A stretch of 55,723 bases of DNA from Prorocentrum cordatum (lineage: Eukaryota): contig CAUYUJ010000139.1 in NCBI GenBank assembly GCA_963575745.1, positions 62,001 to 117,723 on the forward strand. Reading direction: 5' to 3'. Positions 36,304 to 46,474 of this stretch are shown here, piece by piece. The notes under the pieces were generated by a model. It did not search any database, had not been told where the DNA came from, and saw only the letters and a program-made list of their open reading frames with translations. Numbering within the stretch: position 1 is the stretch's first letter; each line of letters begins with the position of its first letter. Both the position numbers and the translations under genes were made by a program.

Positions 36304-38520
36304 GAGTGCACGCTGTTCGTTTGCACTTCACTCGAGCAACTCGAGCTGAAGGTTTCTCGCAAGAAGTCGCTCCTCGTGGCTTCGGACTTGATGTCGGGAA
36401 GGAGTTTGTGTCGAGGGCTCAAAGAGTTCGGTTTTCGGCAAGTTCTTGCGACTAAAAACCTGGGGGTCGATTTCAAGCTCAGGAGTGGAAAAGGGAGAAA
36501 TGTGACCAAAAAGCGTCTGTCGACAACGAGGGAAGGACCAGGAGGTTCAGGGCTTTCAGGTTCTCGAGGAAGCCACTGCAAAATGTTTATCGGGGAGGGG
36601 CCACGCCATCTGTGATGTACGACGTCTCGGTCGTGGGCTTCGGTGACACGCAGCTAGAGCACCAGAGAGCGTCCACGGGAGCAGCGCTGTTTGGGCCTGT
36701 CAAGGGCCGCAGCCGCAGTATCCAGTTTTTGTTGGCAGAGGTGGTGAAGTTAGATCCGATGTTCCTCGCCAGCTCTTTGCCGCTGCAGATGTGGGTCAGA
36801 GCTGTGTTTGAATCGTGGGCGTCCGACGCCCAGAGGCAGCACGCCTTCGACTATGCCGTCAAGATTAGGAACCAAGGGTGGAGGACAGTCCTAGGCCCAG
36901 CTGGAGCGGTGGTCCTCACCCTTCAGAGACTGGAGTGGCAGGCCCTCTCCTGGGATGTCTGGGTCAACACTGACGGTGTGACCATCAGGGTCAAGGAGAT
37001 TGGATGAAACGACCAAGAGGTTGCTGCGCCTGTGGGCTGGAGCATACTACAATGTCCCTTGGGAGCCCTATGTGGAGCCTCTACGAGCTGAACTTGCCAG
37101 ATTAAGAGGTCTTGGAGATCATCTTGGGGTCAGTCTGCTTATCGCTCAGGTTTCTGGAGGGCTCTGGGCGCAGCGTGACGTGTTCAGAAAGAGGTTCGTG
37201 ATTGGTGATAAGTGCCAGTGGTGCCTGCAAAAACCAGGTACCGTGTATCACAGGATCTGGAGTTGTGATGGGCCCATGTTGCTTCGGAGGGATCATGGTC
37301 ACAGTGGGTTAGGATTTGCTGCACGGGCTCTTCAGGGGCCTGGTATAAGGTGGACTAGAGGCCTAGTAGACTCCACGCGTACCCAGTTCCACAAGATCCT
37401 GCAAGGCGCAAGCTATAAGTGGGCGGTCAAGCCCGACAGTGGATTTTCAGGAGACACAGTCTGCATCGACGGCTCGGCCTACGACAGCGACGTCCGCTGG
37501 CTGATGCGCGCAGGCTGGTCTCTGGTCTCGATCCGCACATATATGAAGATTGAAGCAGTGGCCTACGGGCCAAGCCCCCTCCCAGTGCAGGACGTTCCGT
37601 CCAGCGAGTTGTACGCTTTCTACATGGCCCTATTGTTGATGGGGCCCCAGATCCACGTGATTACCGATTGTAAGATGGTGTATGATGGGTGGAAGGCGAG
37701 AAGGGAGGGGACTGAGAAAAGCAACAAGTGCTACGCAGAGCTCTGGCGACAGATCTGGAACAGGACAGACGACGTCGGAGCTAATTTAGTGACCGTGAGC
37801 TGGATGCCGTCGCATATGACGAAGGCAGCGGAAGAGAGGCGTGGCTACGAACCGCACTGGGTTCAGGGCAACCAGGAGGCCGACTCCTGGGCGAAGGCTG
37901 GAGCCAAGGCGCATCCGCAAAACCATCACCTACGATATCGCCGGAGGTTCCAGCATGATCAGGTTACGTTCATATCCAGATACATGGTGGCTGTGCTCAA
38001 GCACGTCCACGCACTGGGTTATCCTGATGTATCATCATACTCTGAGCGTGCCAAGCGGGAGCTCACACATTCGGATACCCCGGTTTTGGGGATAGTCCCA
38101 GATGGTAAGGGTCACGTGATATCACAGGCTCCTGGCGGTGGATGGGGGTGTAGTGTGTGTGTGTGGCGGGTCGAGGGCGATACGCTCTCGGCTGGCGCAG
38201 CTGCCTTGCCCTGGGGTCCCGAGGACCGTGGCCCAGGCCCACCCCACCCACCGTCTCTGGCAGAATGGAGGCTTGACCTGGTGCGTGCGCTGCGGAGCGT
38301 ACGCCCGAATGCAGGTCAAGGAATTAGGCATGCTTTGTCAGGGAAGACCTGACACTGTATGGAAGTTGAAGGCCTTGGGACTTTTGGAACAGGGGGAGGA
38401 TCCCTCGCATCCCAAGCGCGAGGTGGTCATCCCTGTTCCTCTCAGCAGGCCATACCTTTTGTCTCTCATCAGGGCAGGCGTCTTGTGTCATCGGGACGAC
38501 TGCTGAGGAGCGCAAGAGCG
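36304..38520 (+). mobile_element. 5'-truncated, frameshifted non-LTR (LINE-type) retrotransposon with RT C-terminus, Zn knuckle, RNase H and a C-terminal Cys/His motif
   Basis: RT C-terminal motifs LELKVSRKKS and KNLGVDF; knuckle CQWCLQKPGTVYHRIWSC; RNase H motifs CIDGS (D 37468), SSELYA (E 37606), VITDCK (D 37666), SWMPSH and GNQEAD (D 37882); C-terminal HRLWQNGGLTWCVRCG...LCQG. Frameshifts at ~36540, ~37000 and ~38160. No introns. Confidence 0.9.
37000..38352 (+). pseudogene. RNase H (type 1)-containing segment of the LINE ORF
   Basis: D-E-D-D catalytic set with the WxxxH motif is intact. Confidence 0.85.
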
Positions 38521-38523
38521 CGA

Positions 38524-39185
38524 GAGGAGGAGGAGGAGGAGGAGGAGGAGGAGGAGGAAGAGGAGGGAGGAGGAGGAGGGAGGAGAGGAGGAGGGAGGAG
38601 GAGGAGGAGGAGGAGGAGGAGGGAGGAGGAGGAGGAGGGGGAGGAGGGAGAGAGGAGGAGGGAGGAGGAGGAGGAGGAGGATAGAGAGGAAGAGGGGAGG
38701 AGGAGGAGTAGGAGGAGGGGAGAGGAGGTGAGGAGAGGAGGAGGAGGAGGAGGAGGAGGCGGAGGGGAAGAGGGGAGGAGTAGGAGGAGGAGGAGAGAGG
38801 AGGGAGAGACGAGAGGAGAGGGAGGAGGAGGAGGGGAGGAGGTGAGGAGGGAGGAGAGGAGAGGAGGAGGAGGAGGCGAGGAGGAGGAGGAAGGAGGAGA
38901 GGAGGAGGAGGAGGAGGAGGAGGAGGAGAGGAGGAGGAGGAGGAGGACCAGGTGGACCATGTGGACCAGTAGGACCAGGATGGCCAGAAGGACCAGTGGG
39001 AGGAGGACCAGGAGGAGGAGGAGGAGGAGGACCATGAGGACCATGAGGACCAGGGGGACCAGGAGGACCATCAGGACCAGGAGGAGGAGGAGCAGGAGGA
39101 GGAAGAGGAGGAGGAGGAGGAGGAGGAGGAGGAGGAGGAGGAAGAGGAGGGGGAGGAGGCGTATTAGTAGGAGTAGAAGTAGGAG
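38524..39185 (+). repeat. (GAG)n microsatellite
   Basis: Read directly. Confidence 0.95.
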
Positions 39186-40108
39186 TCAAGTTCGCCAGCT
39201 CGAGCGAGGCATGCATGGCATGCCCATTCATGCCCGCTCTCCCACAACATAAGAAGCAGTGCTGGCACAACCGTTAGCCGAGACCACATCGGCGAGCTGG
39301 TTTGGCACAGCTGATGCGGCCGCGACAGCGGTTACCGAGGGGAACACCCCAGCTCGTCTCAAAGGCTGCGCGGGCATTTCAGCACGAATCGAGCCCAAAG
39401 AGGACCCAGGAAACTTCAAGAGGGCCCCAGGAACCCCCAGGATGTTTCAGGAAACCAGGGGGCCCCAGGAGGCCCCAGGAGTCCCCTGAAGGCCCCCGCG
39501 GGTCCTTCCCCGGGAGGCCCCAGGAATGCTTCGGAGACGCCACGAGCCCCTCCAGGAACCCCCAGGAGGTCCAGGAAACCCCAGGAAACCCCAGGAAACT
39601 TGGCTGGTAAAACGCATCGCGCGCAGGTCGGCCAGCTGGTATGGCAGAAATCTTGCGGCCACGAATGCGGTGGCCGGTGGGAACTGGCCCAGCGCGTCTC
39701 AAAGGCCGCGCCAGCGCGCGGGCATCCTGGTGCAGGTCGGTGCCTCGGGCGGGCGCGATGGCATGATGACGTCGACCACGGTGGCGACATGATGAGCAGG
39801 GCGGTGACCCGCGATGATGGCGACAACGACGGCAAGGCCAGCGACGGTGCCGACGATGGCGACGACTCTGGAAGGATTTGGACATGCGCTCGCGGCGCCG
39901 CGCGCGCATGTCGCCCGCGTGGTATTTTTTCACAAGATTTGCGCCTTCGGTGCATGACAAAGCATCGCGAGTGCACCGCGCGGCGTGATGAGATCGCTGG
40001 CTTTCTCATGAAATCATGGGAATTGTATGGTTATCATATGATTTCAACAATTGCTCGCGGGCAGGACTTCTGAACATGTGTCAAGAAAAACCATGTTTTT
40101 GTAGGCTT

Positions 40109-41293
40109 TTATGCTGCAGCGCTTGCAACCACAGTGTGTTTGGTATGGTAGGAACCAGCGCTGTTCGTGGTCCAGGTCGTACAGCAGGTGTGGCACCTCG
40201 GTCTGGTACATGCTGGGCAGGATCTCGCCCAGGTCCCCGCGTGACCGCGTCCACGTGGGGACGATCCCGTCGTTCCGGAAATCCCAACGGGGCTCCCAAG
40301 GCGGGGCGATCTTCTGTCCGTCTGCAGATCGCCCGGATGGGATGGAGGGAAGGATACCAGCCAGGTGCGCTGTCGCGGTCCTGGAGCCCAGTCTGTGACG
40401 TTCCTGACCTCGGCGTAGCCTGTCGGGAGATTACCTAGCGCCTCCCGCATGCTGTCGCGGTGCGCGCTCTGTATTGGGTGGACGTTTTCGCAGAGCGGTT
40501 GCGCGTAGATGTCGCGTCGGCGCCGGGCGGCGTAGTACAAGGCAAGGGGCACCGCAAGGAAGTGCCAGGACAGCCGCCCCGCCAGCCCGTCCAATCCTCC
40601 GTAGGACCCGGCTCTGGAGAGGTTGTTGCAGGGGCTGCGTGCCACCACTAGCAGGAGGCATCCGACTGGGAGTGAGTCGACGAAACGGTCCCAGCAGGAG
40701 AGGCCGTCCGGGCCTCTCGTGAGCAAATCCCACACGTCGTGGCACTGCAAAGTGTGGGCGGGGCCTCCGTCCTGGGCGCGCCCCCCGTCTGAGACGCGCC
40801 ACAGGTCGGCGACGCGGGCAGCCAGGCCCCTGTCGATCGCGACGAAGGCCGAGCTGTGGAAGGCGCTGGTCGCGTGCAGGTCAGCGGCGAGCTGTCCTTG
40901 CGCCAGCCTCGCCGTGCCTACGCCGTCGAAGATAGATACAAGGGCGAACTTGGTCGCGTGAGGTGATACCGCGGCTGGTGGCAACGCTCGAGGTACCGGT
41001 GGGACGGCGTGGTTGGCGTGCACCCACGGAATGCCGCCGAAAACGTCGTCAGGGAACGCCATGGGCTGCACCCTAGTGATCGCACCGGCACGTGTCAGGT
41101 CGTCCACTGCGAATGCCAGGGTGCGATGGGTCCAGGTGCCGTCACGAAGGTAAACCTGTATTAGCGGGTCCTGTGGTAGGACAAGGGCCACGTTGGTGCT
41201 TTGGTCGGTCGTGCGTTCCCAGGCGGCCAGCAGGACGTCCCGTGCGTCTGGCGGAGTCGCTGTCGATGTGTCGGGGTCAGCGCCGGTGGTGCC
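40109..41293 (-). pseudogene. DNMT3-like C5 cytosine DNA methyltransferase domain, intronless and degenerate
   Basis: Motifs in canonical order: I VSIFDGVG (~40915-40940), II AFVAID, III CHDVWD, IV ARSPCNNLS (~40615-40642), VI ENV (~40481-40489), VIII RQRTW (~40360-40376). The frame is open from 41293. Motifs IX/X are not recognisable. Confidence 0.8.
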
Positions 41294-43285
41294 TTAGCGC
41301 CTTTGCCGCGCGCCCGCTGGCGGCACTGTGGTGCCGCCTCCCTGCCGCGGCCTGGTCGCAGTGCTACCAGCGCTGGGAGTTGCGGGGCTGGCGCTGCAGC
41401 GGCGCGGGTGTGCTGCTGGGAGGCGGGCGGATCCGCCGTGCCCTGGTCCGCTGGCGGCTGCGGTGCGGTCGCGCCTCTCGCTGGGGTCGTGGGTGGGGCC
41501 AGGCGGTGTCCCTCCAGAAGTGCCGGCACGCCTGCGCCCAGGGGTGGGCGTCGGCGGCTCCGGGGGTCAGCAGTGCGCGACCTCTGCCTCCCCCCACCAG
41601 GGTTGGCGGGGGCTGCGCGTCCCGGGCGCCCCTGCGTGGATGGGCTGTGCGCCTGTGCGGGAGCCTCTGTGCGCGCGGCGCGGCCGGAGCGCCCGCGGCC
41701 GCCTGGAATGTGGCCGCGGTGCCTGCTGAGGCCGGGCCAGGGAGCGCCGTCGCGGTGTTTGGGCGTCCCTCTCGTCCTCTCAGGGCTGATTGCTGGCCGC
41801 CGGCAGGAGGCTCGGTGGGCCGGTGCACCGTGCGCGGCCTCCGAGCGTCGTCGTCGGCGGGGCTGGCGTGCCACGAGCGCCAGGCGTGGGGCGCTCGTTG
41901 TAGACCTGGGTCGCCGCCCCCTCCTGGCACTGCCGACCCCGAGGCGTTGGCCGCGTGCGGCGCGGAGGTCGACTCAGCGCCACCCTGATGTCCGACGCCT
42001 GTCGGGGGGCCGTTGGGGTCGGATAGGAGCCCGGCGAGGGAGAAGAGGGCGGGGATATTTGCGCTGGCCTCGGTGGCGGCCGACTGGATGGGTGGGCCCC
42101 TTTCGCGTGCGGCGTCTCGGAGCAGGCTGAGGCAGAGCGCTGAGTGCAGGGGCTCCAGCGGTTGAGATGGGCCGTGGCATCTGATCTGTCTGGCACGTTG
42201 CCGCAATCTGTAACAAGCGGAGTCCAGCGTCAGGGCACCGTTGACTCCGGCCGTGGAGACAGGGCTGACGATCCCGAAGCGCGGCGGGGAGCCTGGCAGG
42301 CAGGTGGTGTTCCATTGGGCCTCGAGAGTGTCGATCGCGGTTGGGCTGAGGCCATGGCTCGTCCATGGGGCCCTTGCGCGTGTGCGTAAGATGTCGTGGA
42401 CGTTGCCCATGTGAGCCAGGTAAGCATGTTGAGCCATGGGCCTCTGTCCCCTCCGTTCTCGCTGCCGACGATGGTTGGGGCTGCGCGGTTGTCAGGGTCG
42501 CTGTGGAAAAGCGAGGTGAGGGCGTTCGTCGCGTCGCCCGCGAGCCTCTCCCAGTCGGCTTCGAGAGAGGGGTGTATGCCGAAACCCGTCGGCCCAGGTG
42601 CGCCTCTACACATCGGGTCGGTGGGGTCAGCCTCCTCATCAGGGCCGCGCGCCGCTCTGGGCGCTGGTAGTGGGGGCGGAGCCCCGCTAGAACGGCAGGA
42701 GGTAGGTTGCGCAGCTTCACGGAAGCTGGCTCTGTCAGGGGGCGGTCCGGCGGCTATTGCTTGGTTGCGCCCTGGGCAGATGTTGTGGGCGGGCGACGGC
42801 TCCGCGAAGGTGAACATCATCCCTCCCGTAGAACAGTTTGGGCAGTGGTCGATCGGCGGCGGTCGCTCCGCATCCAGGATCGAGCGCAGGTGGGCGGCTC
42901 TCGCTTGGCAGGGGCGTTGGACCGTGGTCTGGAGCCGCTGCTCCCGCATTCACCTGCTGCGGCTGCGCGTCCGCGCCGTGAGTGTCCTGCTGGCGCGCCA
43001 TAGTGCTCCGGGGGTCGCTGGGTACCGCAGGGCTGTCACCTGTGCCGTGGGCGGCGCCGTTGACGTCCGTGGCGGTGGCCGCCGCGGCGCTGTGGCCGCC
43101 CGCTGCTTGCGCTGCGGTTGGGCGGCGATCCTGCGGGCGGACCGTGCGCCGAGCGCGCGCGCTGGCGGGGGGCCCCGCCGCCGGCATCCATGCTGGTGGC
43201 TGCGTCGGGATTGGGTATCTGTCCGCCGGTGTACGCGACGGGGGCGAGGGCTGAGTCCAGGGTTGGTTGGTGGGCGGCTTGGGGG
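41294..43285 (-). pseudogene. Decayed coding fragments upstream of the methyltransferase, probably the same element polyprotein
   Basis: Unique, non-repetitive sequence with overlapping - strand ORFs (41364-42437, 42230-42949) that read as protein-like segments (HCPNC; EADWERLAGDATNALTSLF; AIDTLEAQWNTTCLPG). Confidence 0.35.
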
Positions 43286-43287
43286 TG

Positions 43288-44256
43288 CGCGTTTCGTGGC
43301 CCTCCTCCCCCGCCTCCCTGCGTTTCACCCGCCCAGTGCAGCGCTTCGTGGCCCCATGGGGAGTCTCACCGAAAGACCCAGCGCTGCCGTCCTCACGCGT
43401 CCCGCACACCCAGTGCAGCGTCTCGTGGCCCCATAGGAGGCCCCACCGAAGGTTCCAGTGCTACCGTCCGCATGCGTCCCGCGCACCCAGTGCAGCGCTT
43501 CGTGGTCCCAGAGGGAGCTCTACCGAAGGTCCCAGTGCTACCGTCCGCAAGCGTCCCGCACACCCAGTGCAGCGTTTCGTGGCCCTCCTCCCCCTCCTCC
43601 CTGCGTTTCACCCACCCAGTGCAGCGTTTCGTGGCCCCGTATGGGGGCCCCACCGAAGGCCCCAGTGCTACCGTCCGCATGCGTCCCGCGCACCCAGTAC
43701 AGCGTTTCGTGGCCCTCCCCCCTGCGCTTCACCCCCGCCCAGCACAGCGCTTCGTGGCCCCATAGGGAGCTCCACCGAAGGCCCCAGTGCCCCCGTCCGC
43801 GTGCGTCCCGGAAGCCCAATTTGGCATTTTCGCCCACCCGGTGCAGCGTTTCGTGGCCCCATGGGGGCTCCAGCGAAGGCCCCAGTGTCACCGTCCCTAT
43901 GCGTCCGGGAAGTGTAATTTGGCATTTTCACCCGCGCAGTGCAGCGTTTCGTGGCATCATAAGGGGGTTCCACCGAAGCCCCCAGTGGGACCGTCCGCGT
44001 GCGTCCCGGTAACCCAGTTGGGCATTTTCACTTACTCATTAGAGCGCGTCGTGGCCCCACGCGGGGCTCCACCGAAGCCCTCAGCGGGGCCGCCCGCGTG
44101 CGCCCCGGAAATTCAATTCGGCACACCGCCCACGCAGTGCAGCGTTCCCCCCCGCCCAGTGAAGTGCTTCGTGGCCCCGTCGGGAGCTTCGCCGAAGCAG
44201 ATATTCACAATTACCGTGCCCACAACTGCACATGGTTGGGACCTTCGCCAGGATAA
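43288..44256 (+). repeat. Satellite array (~77 and ~99 bp units, CACCCAGTGCAGCGTTTCGTGGCCCCATAGGGAGCTCCACCGAAGG...) ending in a conserved terminus
   Basis: Read directly. The terminus is CCCACAACTGCACATGGTTGGGACCTTCGCCAGGATAAT at ~44219-44257. Confidence 0.9.
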
Positions 44257-44330
44257 TGAAGAGACGGTCCCCGCGTTCCTCCTCCTCCTCCTCCTCCTCC
44301 TCCTCCTCCCCCTCCCCCCCCCCATCCCCA

Positions 44331-44352
44331 TCCGTAGTCATTTTGGCTCGAG
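44331..44352 (+). other. Relic dinoflagellate spliced leader (DinoSL)
   Basis: TCCGTAGTCATTTTGGCTCGAG versus the canonical DCCGTAGCCATTTTGGCTCAAG, 20/22 identity. Confidence 0.9.
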
Positions 44353-44455
44353 CTCTTTGAGGGCCTTGCGCCCCGAGCCTTGCGGCCTGAGAGTCCCCGC
44401 TCTTCGCGGCTCTCGCGCCCCGTGCCCCTTGGCGCCCAGCGCTCATTCCTCGTGG

Positions 44456-46190
44456 ATGGTGCTTCTCGTGCCCCTGGGAGGGGCGCCGTCGCCATCCTCG
44501 CAGCGTGTTCGCAGCGGGCAGTCGAGATCTTCGCGCCGTGCCAGGATCGGCGCGTCACTACGATTCGGGGCGGTCTGATGCACCCGCGGAAACATGGCGC
44601 TCGACAGCGGGTGACGATGAATAAGCACGTTGCCAAGCAGCTCGAGGACATCAATCGCGCCTGCAAGGTTGCACGTCACATCGCATCGAGGCACATCCGC
44701 GACGTCCTGTTCAACCTCGAGCGCGAGTTGCAGGTGGTCCGCGGCGCCGGTGAGGTGACGGCGACTTGCGCGGGAAAGGGCAGCGGCGACGACCTCGCGT
44801 TCCAGGCTATGGCGAATCCAGGGTGCCACATGTCGACCCAGACGCCGCTCATGCTGCGCCACTTCGAGACTGCCGACGGCCGCGCGCTGGACAGGGCGGA
44901 CGAGGATGACTACGAGCAGGAGTTCTTCCCCGATCTCCCGAGCGTCGTGGACAGCGCCATCGTCGTGGACTCTATGGCGAATCGTTTCTTCGAGGGATCG
45001 GTCGGGGATCTCCCTGTGCTTTCAGATGCCGACCTTCCTGCGGGTCCTCGTGGAGCTGGTGATCTTCTTCGTGCCGATCTCCCTGCGAGCTCCCTGCCGA
45101 TTTTCCTGATGTGTGTCTCCATGTCGCTGGGGATATTCGTGCCGATATTCTTGCCGATGCCGATCGTGCTGCTGGTCGTGGTGGGGCTGGGGGGCTTCCT
45201 GCCGATCTTCCTGCAGGTCGTCGCGGCGGTGATCTTCAGGGTGCTGGAGGGCTTCCTGCCGTTCTTCGCGATGGGGGGCGTCATGGCGCTGGCGGGCTTC
45301 CTGGCGTGTCTCCTGCCGATCTTCCTGAGGGCGGTCTCGATAGTGCTGTGGATCTTCCTGCCGATCTTCTTGCAGATGTCGATCCTCCTGCTGGTCCTTG
45401 GGGTGCTGGTGGTGCTCCTGATGATCGTCCCACAGGTTGTCGCGGTGGCGATCTCCAGGGTGCTGGAGGGCTTCGCGCCGAGCAACCGGCAGTTCTTCAC
45501 GGTGGAGGTCTCAATGGTGCTGATTGGCTTCCCGCCGATCTTCCTGCTGAGGCCGTTATTCCTGCTGGTCTTCGTGGAGTTGGTGATCTTCCGCCTGCCG
45601 AGCGCCCTACCGATCTTGATGGTGCAGATGATATTCCTGATGATCACCCTGCAGGTCGTCACGGTGGTTATCGTCGGGGTGATGGAGGGCTTCATGCCGA
45701 GCTTCCTGCAGATCTTCACGGCGGTGGCCTCCATGGTGCTGGTGGGCTTCTCGCCGATCTCCCTGCCGATGCAGATCTTCCTGCTGGTCCTTGTGGAGCT
45801 GGTGATCCTCCGCATGCCGATCGCCGTGCAGATCTTCATGGAGGAGGTTTTCATGCTGCTGCAGGGCTTCCTGCAGCGCTTCCCGTTGGTCTTCACGGTG
45901 GTGGTCTTCATGGTGCTGGCGGGCTCCTTGCCGATCTCCTTGCTGATGCCGGTTCGCCTGGTTGTCTTCAAGGTGCTGGTGATCTGGATGACGATCGCCC
46001 GCCCGACGTTCGGGGCGTCCAGGCGGAGGCCGAGGCAATCGTGCCCGACTCGTTGCTGGCGCCTTGCGCCTCCCGCTACGCGGGCGTGGCCAACGCCAGC
46101 TCGGCCAAGGTGCTGGCCTCGATCCACTTCGAAGTGGCAGGGTCGGAAGTGGGCAAGAAGAATGGCAAGAAGAAGGGCCAGCGGCGGTGA
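44456..46190 (+). pseudogene. Intronless, frameshifted SL-headed retrocopy with a helical N-terminal domain, G/A/D/L/P repeats and a basic C-terminus
   Basis: Follows the SL relic. The N-part lies in the 44380 frame (KHVAKQLEDINRACKVARHIASRHIRDVLFNLERELQ...DADLPAGPRGAGDL). The same DADLPAGPxGAGD repeat continues in the 45111 frame to GKKNGKKKGQRR* at 46190, implying a frameshift at ~45085. Confidence 0.65.
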
Positions 46191-46474
46191 GGCATCAAAG
46201 TGACGGCTTTGAGATCAAGGTGCTCCTGGTCTGGCTTCTTGGGCATGCTGCTGGAGGGTTGGGTTCATCGTGAAGTACGTGTACTTCTTTGGTGTGGCCT
46301 TCCTGGTGGTCCTGCCTGTGCTTCGTGGGTATGCTGAGCTGGGTGCTCGCCTATTCAGTGGGCTGCCGCCTTCTCGCGCCGCCCGCGTCACGTGCTGCGG
46401 ATTCACAGTGGAAGGCGCTCTTTCCGGGGAAACAGGGAGGAGAAGAACAGGCAAACATCCTCCTCCCCCTTCTC

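Noticed and set aside
36304..41293. LINE and DNMT as parts of one element
   Set aside because: They are on opposite strands, converge, and are separated by microsatellite and unrelated repeats.
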